Shown: piece after piece, positions 54,194 to 62,127 of the stretch
Position numbering within the stretch: position 1 is the first letter of the stretch
Layout of the letters: every line of letters begins with the position of its first letter
DNA from: Phycisphaerae bacterium
GTDB taxonomy: Bacteria; Planctomycetota; Phycisphaerae; UBA1845
Length of the DNA stretch: 64,000 nucleotides
Assembly (NCBI GenBank): GCA_029260075.1
Contig: JAJDDY010000010.1
Location: 22,968-86,967, forward strand
Direction: 5' to 3'
The notes under the pieces: model-generated
Seen by the model: only the letters and a program-made list of their open reading frames with translations
Database searches by the model: none
What the model was told of the DNA's origin: nothing
Translations under genes and position numbers: made by a program

Positions 54194-55390
54194 ATGATTA
54201 TTGCTACCGCCAATCGAATGAGACGCTCGGTCGACGCGAGGTTGTTGTGGAAGTTTGCGTACAACTTCGGCTATAAGGGCATGCGTTCGGTTCAGCGGTT
54301 CAAAAAGCGACTCAAGAAAGGGCAGACGTTTCCGCCCTTCCTCTACCTTTCAATCACCAACGCCTGCAACCTGCGTTGTCAAGGATGCTGGATCGACGTC
54401 ACCGCACCGAAGGACTACATCGACCTGGCCGACCTGAACCGCCTGATCAACAACGCAAAGAAACACGGCAACAGCTTTTTCGGCATTCTCGGCGGTGAAC
54501 CCTTCATGCACCCCGACCTGATTCCACTGCTTGAAGGGCATCCGGATTGTTACTTCCAGATTTTCACCAACGGCCACTTCATCACCGACAAGGTCGCGTC
54601 GGAGTTGCGGCGTATCGGAAACGCGACCGTGTTGATCAGCGTCGAGGGTACGGAGATGGTCAGCGACGAGCGTCGCGGCAAATCCGGCGTGCTCAACAAG
54701 ACGCTCGGCGGAATCGAAACGTGCATTCGCCATCGCCTGATCACCGGCGTAGCCACTAGCGTGTGTCAAACGAATATCGATGACCTCGTGAACGAGTCGT
54801 GGGTGGACGAACTGGTCCGCCGAGGCGTTCACTATGTCTGGTACCACACCTACCGCCCGGTCGGTCCGGAAGCCGCGCCGCACTTGGCCCTTCGCCCGGA
54901 GCAGGTATTGAGCGTGCGACGCTTCGCCATGGACATGCGCAACCGCAAGGCAATCGGCGTCGTTGACGCCTACTGGGATGACAAAGGTCAAGCGCTCTGT
55001 CCGGCTGCGACAGGCATTAGTCACCACATAGGTCCGTGGGGCGACATTGAACCCTGCCCCATCATTCAGTTCGCGACGGAAACCATCCGCGACAACGACG
55101 GCGACGCGTTCAAGACCATGACCGAGTCGAAGTTATTGAAGGATTTCCGAACGACCGCAGCGAAGGCGACGCGCGGGTGTATCGTTTTGGAACGCCCGGA
55201 CCTGCTCAAAGACTTACTCGAACGCAACGGGGCCAAAGATACCACGGCCAGAAAACAGGCGTACGTCGAGTTGACCGTGATGAAATCGTTGAACAGCCAA
55301 CACAACCCCGGCCACGAAATCCCGGAGGAAAAATGGCTGTACCGCTTTGCGAAGAAGCACTGGTTCTTTGGATTCGGAGCTTACTCGTAG
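54194..55390 (+). CDS. Radical SAM enzyme (MoaA/NifB/PqqE-type core with a Cys-containing C-terminal extension)
   Basis: SITNACNLRCQGCW (CxxxCxxC), GILGGEPFMHPD and IFTNGHFI. C-terminal Cys residues in ALCPAATGISHHIGPWGDIEPCP. GAGGAC lies upstream of the ATG. Confidence 0.85.
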   Translation: MIIATANRMRRSVDARLLWKFAYNFGYKGMRSVQRFKKRLKKGQTFPPFLYLSITNACNLRCQGCWIDVTAPKDYIDLADLNRLINNAKKHGNSFFGILGGEPFMHPDLIPLLEGHPDCYFQIFTNGHFITDKVASELRRIGNATVLISVEGTEMVSDERRGKSGVLNKTLGGIETCIRHRLITGVATSVCQTNIDDLVNESWVDELVRRGVHYVWYHTYRPVGPEAAPHLALRPEQVLSVRRFAMDMRNRKAIGVVDAYWDDKGQALCPAATGISHHIGPWGDIEPCPIIQFATETIRDNDGDAFKTMTESKLLKDFRTTAAKATRGCIVLERPDLLKDLLERNGAKDTTARKQAYVELTVMKSLNSQHNPGHEIPEEKWLYRFAKKHWFFGFGAYS

Positions 55391-55578
55391 TACGATGATT
55401 AACATCGCGGGCCGACTTGTGAACACGGGTCGCCAATACTTCGGAGGCTGTCCTCGATAGACCAAGGCTCGACTCGACAGGTTGAGGTGGCTAACCGCAC
55501 CACCGCACGAGGACGGATTGTTGCCACCGCGCCGACGGCAAGCTAACGAAGGCGCCTCGATCAAAGGGTTGTAACCGG

Positions 55579-57489
55579 ATGAACTCAAAAAACGGATCGG
55601 TTCAAGTCGCCCGCGTCAGCGCGACAGGTGCGAACCACATTAGCCCGACAGACAACGCGGGTTCGAACGGCAACGGTTCTTTGCCCGCGCGCCGGGAGAC
55701 GATGGGGACGGAGGGGCGCAGGAACGCAGATGGCTCACTGCCCGCGCCGGTTAAGACGATCTCCCTGATTACGCTCCCACCGCGCGTTCCCAAACAACCC
55801 GACCGCCCCACCCAATCCAACATCCCCAACGATCGGGCCGTCCGCGATAAACTTAAGAGCGTTGCGGCCGAGCTAATCGAGCGTGACGGCGTGATTCCAC
55901 CGCTGACCATGGACGAAGTTCGCGAGCTGATCGTCAAAGTCCGGCGCGAAACGAACGTCGACGACATCTTCGACGATTACATCGCCGTTCTTGTGAGCAA
56001 CGCGGCATGGCGCGAGACGCTGGCTACGATCCCCTACAATCGACGGTTGCTCCTGTTGCCCAAGTGCCTTCGCGTCGAAGAACTCTGCCCCGCTCCGTTT
56101 GACGAGTTCGGACTGTTGTGCAAGGAGTGCGGTCTGTGCTCGCTGCACGATCTGACGGTCGAAGCGGAACGGCTGGGCTATGCAATCCTTGTCGCCGAGG
56201 GTTCGGCTATTGTTCGCAAGATGATCGAGACCGGAAGTATCGAAGCCATCGTCGGCGTCAGTTGCCTCAACGTGCTTGAGAAATGTTTCCCTCATCTCGA
56301 AGCGACGGCTGTACCGGGTGTCGCCATCCCTCTACTTCAGGACGACTGCGTCAACACAGCCGTCGACCTCGATTGGGTGTGGGACGTTATTCACCTGACT
56401 TCCGACGACAAGACGTACCGCCTTGATCTCGACGAACTTAAACGCCGGGTTCAGGGCTGGTTCGAGGGAGGCTCGCTTTCCAAAATCATGGGTGTTTGCG
56501 ACGGTCAGACCGAAACTATCGCACGAGATTGGTTGGCCCGCGCCGGCAAACGTTGGCGTCCGTACCTCACAGCATGTGTCTTCATGGCCCTTCGCGGTGA
56601 GTCGCAACACGATGTGCTTTCCGCACCTGACGACCTGAAAAAACTCGCCGTCGCGGTCGAATGTTTTCATAAGGCCTCGCTGATTCACGACGACATCGAA
56701 GACGGGGACGACGATCGCTATGGCGAGAAAACCGTTCACGCCGAACACGGCATGCCCGTGGCGCTTAACGTCGGCGACTTTCTATTGGGCGAAGGCTATC
56801 GATTGATCGGTGAGCTGGACTGCGACCCGAGTATCAAAGTGGCCATGTTGCAACAGGCTGCGCACGGCCACCTTACCCTCGCTCGTGGGCAAGGTGCGGA
56901 GCTCTGCTGGGCACGCGCCCCCAAGCCGATGTCTTCCCTCCAAGTGCTCGACATTTTCCGCCAGAAGACGGCGCCGGCGTTTGAAGTCGCGCTGCGCCTC
57001 GGCGCCTATTTCGGCGGCGCCGACGCCGAAACGCACGATGTGCTCACCGAGTATAGCGAAGCCCTTGGGATCGCATATCAAATTCGTGACGACCTTGAAG
57101 ACTTTACCAGTGAATCCGATTCGAACGACCTGCGCGACCTGCGGCCTTCACTGCTGCTCGCGATCGCCCACAAGCGAGCCGAGCAAGGCGCTGAAGCCGA
57201 GCTGATCGAATCGCTCTGGCGCCGCGAGCGCGAATACGATGACGTCGTGATGGAAGTCCAGCGCATTTTGTCCGATCGCGGCGTGTCACAGAAGGCGGTC
57301 GATCTTCTCGAAGCCTACACGGAGCAGGCGACACGTACCCTGCGTTTCGTGAACAACGCCACACTCAAGGGTTTGTTACGGCGCGTCGTCGGAAAAATTT
57401 TCGGCGACAACCTCATCGAAGGATATTGCAGTGAGTTTGAGGCTCGAAATGCTGCAGGTCGCGAGGCTGGCGCCGAACCTGTTGCATGA
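55579..57489 (+). CDS. Fusion protein: DUF116-like Cys-rich domain plus trans-polyprenyl diphosphate synthase domain
   Basis: DUF116-like region RRLLLLPKCLRVEELCPAPFDEFGLLCKECGLCSLHDL...AIVGVSCLNVLEKCF. Synthase region KRWRPYL, first Asp-rich motif LIHDDIEDGDDDRYG, second Asp-rich motif AYQIRDDLEDF. Confidence 0.8.
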   Translation: MNSKNGSVQVARVSATGANHISPTDNAGSNGNGSLPARRETMGTEGRRNADGSLPAPVKTISLITLPPRVPKQPDRPTQSNIPNDRAVRDKLKSVAAELIERDGVIPPLTMDEVRELIVKVRRETNVDDIFDDYIAVLVSNAAWRETLATIPYNRRLLLLPKCLRVEELCPAPFDEFGLLCKECGLCSLHDLTVEAERLGYAILVAEGSAIVRKMIETGSIEAIVGVSCLNVLEKCFPHLEATAVPGVAIPLLQDDCVNTAVDLDWVWDVIHLTSDDKTYRLDLDELKRRVQGWFEGGSLSKIMGVCDGQTETIARDWLARAGKRWRPYLTACVFMALRGESQHDVLSAPDDLKKLAVAVECFHKASLIHDDIEDGDDDRYGEKTVHAEHGMPVALNVGDFLLGEGYRLIGELDCDPSIKVAMLQQAAHGHLTLARGQGAELCWARAPKPMSSLQVLDIFRQKTAPAFEVALRLGAYFGGADAETHDVLTEYSEALGIAYQIRDDLEDFTSESDSNDLRDLRPSLLLAIAHKRAEQGAEAELIESLWRREREYDDVVMEVQRILSDRGVSQKAVDLLEAYTEQATRTLRFVNNATLKGLLRRVVGKIFGDNLIEGYCSEFEARNAAGREAGAEPVA

Positions 57490-58312
57490 ATCCGCCGATC
57501 GGGTCGCCGACTTCCTCCGCGACCAACTCAACCCGGACGGCGGGGGTAAGGATCGGGCCGGTACGAGCGATTTGTACTACACGGTGTTCGTGCTCGAAGC
57601 GCTGACGGCGCTGCGCGTCGAACTGCCAATCGAGTCCGTTCGCGCCTACCTCACAAACTTCGGCGGTGGCGATGAGCTTGATCTGATCCACCTGTCCTGT
57701 CTTGTGCGATGCTGGGCCAACCTTCCGGATGATGGCGTTAGTTCAAAGAACGCTATGAAGATACTCGACCGACTAAGTGCATACCGTAGCGAGGACGGTG
57801 GCTATGCAGCCGAGCCCGGCGAGCAATCCGGCACGGTGTACCACTGTTTCCTCGCGCTGGGTATGTATCAAGACTTGGATACGGCGATGCCCGATCCGGA
57901 CGGACTCATCCGTTGCATCGACACACTAAAGACAGGCGACGGCGCCTACGCCAACGATAAGGAGCTTGCCCTCGGGACGACACCGACAACCGCCGCGGCG
58001 GCGACACTCCTGCGTCACTCGAACAAGCCGGTTCCGAAAGAACTGGGCGAGTGGATGTTGGCGTGCTGTCATTCTGAAGGCGGTTTCCTCGCGTTCCCCA
58101 ACGCCCCCCTGCCGGACTTGCTCTCGACGGCTACGGCGCTGCACGCATTGTCTGGAATGCACGTAGACCTTGACGGCGTTAAGGAGCAATGTCTCGATTT
58201 TCTCGATACGCTGTGGACCGGCAAGTCGTTTTGTGGTCACTGGGCGGACGACTTCGAGGACAGTGAGTACACCTACTATGCCCTGCTCGCACTTGGGCAC
58301 CTGAGCTTATGA
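57431..58312 (+). CDS. Prenyltransferase / squalene-oxidase-repeat (alpha/alpha toroid) protein, single-domain size
   Basis: Repeats of the xDGG(F/Y) type: NPDGGGKDRAGTSDLYYTVFVLEAL, SEDGGYAAEPGEQSGTVYHCFLALGM, TGDGAYAN..TTPTTAAAATLL and HSEGGFLAFPNAPLPDLLSTATALHAL. The start is uncertain (GTG 57431, ATG 57449 or TTG 57482). It overlaps the upstream gene's end at 57489. Confidence 0.75.
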   Translation: MSLRLEMLQVARLAPNLLHESADRVADFLRDQLNPDGGGKDRAGTSDLYYTVFVLEALTALRVELPIESVRAYLTNFGGGDELDLIHLSCLVRCWANLPDDGVSSKNAMKILDRLSAYRSEDGGYAAEPGEQSGTVYHCFLALGMYQDLDTAMPDPDGLIRCIDTLKTGDGAYANDKELALGTTPTTAAAATLLRHSNKPVPKELGEWMLACCHSEGGFLAFPNAPLPDLLSTATALHALSGMHVDLDGVKEQCLDFLDTLWTGKSFCGHWADDFEDSEYTYYALLALGHLSL

Positions 58313-58315
58313 ACA

Positions 58316-60334
58316 ATGTCCTTTGATCGCACCGCCATAGAGCAAACGCTTGACGCCGCGCGAACGAAGCTGTTGTCGGCCCGCGTTCCAGCCGGTCATT
58401 GGGAGGGCCAACTCTCCAGTAGCGCGCTGTCGACAGCTACGGCTATTACGGCGATGGAGCTTTTCCGGCAGGCTGGCGGTGACCGACGAACGGCTTCGAG
58501 CCCGCCGCTTACGCAATTGATCAGCGCCGCGTTCGACTGGCTTGTGGATCACCAAAACGACGACGGCGGTTGGGGTGACACGGTCGACAGCCCGAGCAAT
58601 ATCAGCACGACCACGCTGTGCTGGGCCGCACTTGGGCTGATCGAACAAAGCAGCGACCGATACGCCGACACGGAACGTCGCGCGACACAGTACCTTGAAC
58701 AACTGATGGGTGAGTTGACGCCCTCGCACATCTCGCGATCAATCACGAGCGCGTACGGTAAAGATCGAACCTTCGCCGCGCCCATCTTGACGATGTGCGC
58801 GCTGACCGGTCGACTCGGGCGCGGTCGCGACGCCTGGCGATCCATCCCCGCGCTGCCCTTCGAATTGGGCGCGCTCCCGCATACCTGGTTTCGCCGGCTC
58901 GGTTTGTCAGTGGTGAGTTATGCGCTGCCGGCGCTGATCGCCATCGGACAGGTCCGTCATGTTCACCGGCCCACACGCAACCCGATTACGCGGTTGTTTC
59001 GCAACCTTGCCCGAAAGAAAACCCTGGCGATACTTCGCAACATCCAACCAAGTTCCGGCGGCTATCTCGAAGCCGCACCCCTCACAAGCTTCGTCGTCAT
59101 GAGCCTCACCGCGATGGGTCTCGCTCGACATCCGGTCGTGGAATCGGGCATCGGATTTCTCGTCGACACCGTCCGATCAGATGGAAGCTGGCCGATCGAC
59201 ACGAACCTAGCCACCTGGTGTACGACCCTCGCAGTCGGCGCCATCACGTCCGGGTCTACGTCAAGTGAACACCTCGATACGGACAGCGCGAACGCCATCC
59301 GCGAGTGGCTTCTCGACCAGCAATACAAGGTCGAACATCCCTACACACACGCAGCTCCGGGTGGCTGGGCATGGACCGATCTTCCTGGCGGCGTTCCCGA
59401 TGCCGATGACACGCCCGGGGCACTTCTCGCACTTTGGAACTTGCGCGGCTCCGATGCGTCTGATGATTCGACCGACGATCGAACGCTAAGGTCTGCGACG
59501 TTGGGGGTTCGCTGGCTGCTGGACGTGCAGAATCTAGACGGCGGCATCCCCACGTTCTGCCGCGGCTGGGGCAAGCTTCCATTCGATCAGAGCAGCCCTG
59601 ATCTGACAGCCCACAGCATTCGCGCGTGGGCTACTTGGCGCCGCGTCCTCCCGCGCGATATCCAATCCCGCATCGATGTGGCCACTGAAAAGGCCGTTCG
59701 CTTTCTCCTGAAAACGCAACAGATCGACGGGTCATGGCGGCCGCTATGGTTTGGCAATCAAGCCAAACCCAACACGCACAATCCCCTCTATGGCACGACG
59801 CGCGTTCTTCGCGCCGCGCGGGTCACACCCATCAAGAACGAGACTATGACGGCGTGGTCCGCTGCCAGAGTCGAGGCACTGTCTTGGGTGCTCTCGGCTC
59901 AACGCTCGGACGGTGGTTGGGGTGGTGCGGCCGATCTTCCGGCTTCGATCGAGGAAACCGCCCTGGCGGTTGAGGCGCTTGCGGATGTTCTTCACCACGA
60001 TCGCATCGGCGTCCTGCCGCCCGGACCACAAGCGGAGACAATGGGGCATGAAAAACCGGCGGGCGGGATCGAAGTGGATCAACATACAAGAGCCGCCACC
60101 GTCGCATCCGTGCAGCGTGGTTGCGACTGGCTCGTGAAGCACACCCATGGCGGTACGCAATTCAAACCTGCGCCCATCGGACTATACTTCGCCAAGTTAT
60201 GGTACTCGGAACGTCTCTACCCGATCATCTTCACCGTGTCAGCGCTGCAACGGGTTTGCGATTTGCCAGTCGACATGCTTGACGCTTCACCCGGAAGCGC
60301 ATCGACGGTAAGCGGGCGCGGCTGTACGGTGTAG
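58316..60334 (+). CDS. Class II terpene cyclase of the squalene-hopene cyclase family (SHC-like)
   Basis: 672 aa. DxDD-type motif GGVPDADDTPGALLAL. Multiple QW-like repeats (WLVDHQNDDGGWG, FLVDTVRSDGSWP, WLLDVQNLDGGIP, FLLKTQQIDGSWRPLWFGN, WVLSAQRSDGGWGG). C-terminal LYFAKLWYSERLYPIIFTVSAL. Confidence 0.85.
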   Translation: MSFDRTAIEQTLDAARTKLLSARVPAGHWEGQLSSSALSTATAITAMELFRQAGGDRRTASSPPLTQLISAAFDWLVDHQNDDGGWGDTVDSPSNISTTTLCWAALGLIEQSSDRYADTERRATQYLEQLMGELTPSHISRSITSAYGKDRTFAAPILTMCALTGRLGRGRDAWRSIPALPFELGALPHTWFRRLGLSVVSYALPALIAIGQVRHVHRPTRNPITRLFRNLARKKTLAILRNIQPSSGGYLEAAPLTSFVVMSLTAMGLARHPVVESGIGFLVDTVRSDGSWPIDTNLATWCTTLAVGAITSGSTSSEHLDTDSANAIREWLLDQQYKVEHPYTHAAPGGWAWTDLPGGVPDADDTPGALLALWNLRGSDASDDSTDDRTLRSATLGVRWLLDVQNLDGGIPTFCRGWGKLPFDQSSPDLTAHSIRAWATWRRVLPRDIQSRIDVATEKAVRFLLKTQQIDGSWRPLWFGNQAKPNTHNPLYGTTRVLRAARVTPIKNETMTAWSAARVEALSWVLSAQRSDGGWGGAADLPASIEETALAVEALADVLHHDRIGVLPPGPQAETMGHEKPAGGIEVDQHTRAATVASVQRGCDWLVKHTHGGTQFKPAPIGLYFAKLWYSERLYPIIFTVSALQRVCDLPVDMLDASPGSASTVSGRGCTV

Positions 60335-60337
60335 CCC

Positions 60338-61546
60338 ATGAAACGAGCGGTCTACTTCGATTACAACGCCACCACGCCGATGGACCCTCGCGTCTACGCG
60401 GCCATGGAGCCCTACTTTCTCGAACACTTCGGCAACGCGGCAAGTCGCCACCACAACCATGGTCGCGACGCCGCCAAGGCGGTGGAACGCGCCCGCGAGC
60501 AAGTGGCCAAGCTCATCGGTGCTGACCCACGAGAAATCGTTTGGACCAGCGGCGCGACCGAAGCCGACAACCTCGCACTAAGAGGCGTAGCTACGTCTCC
60601 CATTCACAGCGCGAAGGGTCGACACATCGTCACCGTTCGCACAGAACACAAAGCCGTCCTAGACACATGCGATCATCTTGAGCGACAGGGATTTGACATC
60701 ACCTACATCTCGGTCGACCGGCGGGGCTGCCTCGATCTCGATGAACTCGCCGACGCGATCACCGAGCGAACTGTCCTCGTGACGATCATGCACGCCAACA
60801 ACGAAACCGGCGTGCTCCACCCAATCCGCTCGATCGGAACACTCTGCAGAGAACGAGGCGTGCTCTTCCACACCGACGCCACGCAGTCCTTTGGCAAGGA
60901 ACCGATCGACGTGCAAGCTGACGCCATCGACTTGCTCAGCCTCTCCGCACATAAGACGTATGGTCCCAAGGGCGTCGGTGCGCTGTACGTGCGAAGACGG
61001 CGACCGCGCGTGCGCTGTGAACCGATCATCCACGGCGGCGGACACGAGCGCGGCGTGCGATCCGGCACGCTCAACGTCCCCGGCATCGTCGCACTCGGCG
61101 AAGTTGCCACGATTTGCGCTACGGACATGAGCATGGAACAAGATCGCATACGTAGACTGCGCGACGACTTGCAAGACCGACTTGCAATCGCCATTCCGGA
61201 CATGGTCGTCAACGGACACCCGAAGCAACGACTGACCAACACGCTCAATATGAGTCTTGCGGGTGTCGATAGTGACGCACTGATGCGGAGCATGCCCGAT
61301 GTGGCAGTGTCCGCAAGTTCTGCGTGTACCAGCGCCACACTGCAACCCAGCTACGTTCTTGGGGCCATGGGCGCTACCGATTCCGAAATCCGAGGCAGCG
61401 TAAGGTTTTCCATCGGGAGATTCACGACAGAGGAAGACATCGCGTATGTAGCCGGGCGTGTTATCGAAAGCGTAGCCGCACAAGTGGCCAATCGCGATGA
61501 ACCAACAGTGTCACCGGAAACCAGACGCGGCGAAGCTTGTGGCTGA
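60338..61546 (+). CDS. Cysteine desulfurase (IscS/NifS-type, PLP-dependent)
   Basis: YFDYNATTPMDPRV, SLSAHKTYGPKGVGALYV (PLP Lys), GGGHERGVRSGTLNVPGIV and SASSACTS (active-site Cys). Confidence 0.92.
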   Translation: MKRAVYFDYNATTPMDPRVYAAMEPYFLEHFGNAASRHHNHGRDAAKAVERAREQVAKLIGADPREIVWTSGATEADNLALRGVATSPIHSAKGRHIVTVRTEHKAVLDTCDHLERQGFDITYISVDRRGCLDLDELADAITERTVLVTIMHANNETGVLHPIRSIGTLCRERGVLFHTDATQSFGKEPIDVQADAIDLLSLSAHKTYGPKGVGALYVRRRRPRVRCEPIIHGGGHERGVRSGTLNVPGIVALGEVATICATDMSMEQDRIRRLRDDLQDRLAIAIPDMVVNGHPKQRLTNTLNMSLAGVDSDALMRSMPDVAVSASSACTSATLQPSYVLGAMGATDSEIRGSVRFSIGRFTTEEDIAYVAGRVIESVAAQVANRDEPTVSPETRRGEACG

Positions 61547-61753
61547 CTCGATTGGATCCCATGCCCACGTATGGCTCAGACCGAACGAGCCCGGATTTCG
61601 CAGCATCCGATCCGCTCTGCGTTTGACGTCCCCGGCCGAATGGATATGCTCAGCGCCGTCCGACCGTTCGCACTTTGACGAAGACGAACCCTCGCGTCTC
61701 GTCGTCGTACGATAGTCAACACCCAACGATCGACCGTATCTGGAAGATCGCGA

Positions 61754-61826
61754 GGGGCCGTAGCTCACTTGGGAGAGCGCCTGGTTTGCAACCAGGAGGT
61801 AGGCGGTTCGATCCCGCTCGGCTCCA
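61754..61826 (+). tRNA. tRNA-Ala (anticodon UGC)
   Basis: Hand-folded cloverleaf: acceptor GGGGCCG/CGGCTCC with a G3:U70 pair, D arm GCTC-ACTTGGGA-GAGC, anticodon arm CCTGG-TTTGCAA-CCAGG, T arm GGCGG-TTCGATC-CCGCT, discriminator A. CCA is not encoded. Confidence 0.93.
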
Positions 61827-62031
61827 TTCGTAACACATTGCTAGACAAAGACTTAGGCTACACCCGAAACCTAACAAAGAATCACGCACTAGCCACTTGA
61901 CGCTCTTGGGTGCCACTTGGCTGTTGCTTGCGTAGCCCGCCAATCGCGGCATCGATGAGAAGAACGAAGGCTGGAAGCTCGCGGCACAAACCACATCGCG
62001 GCGTCAGAACGTGATCCAGAAGTCTCTTTCA

Positions 62032-62105
62032 GAGCCGCGCCCGTAAGGAAGCGGTCCGGTCTCATGGGCGACAACCGCTCCCTTACGGTCGCGGCTCGGT
62101 TTGAC
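62032..62105. repeat. Family B, copy 5
   Basis: Left arm gagccgcgcccgtaaggaagcgg, right arm ccgctcccttacggtcgcggctcggtttgac. Confidence 0.85.
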
Positions 62106-62127
62106 CCAACCCATCCCGAACACGCTC

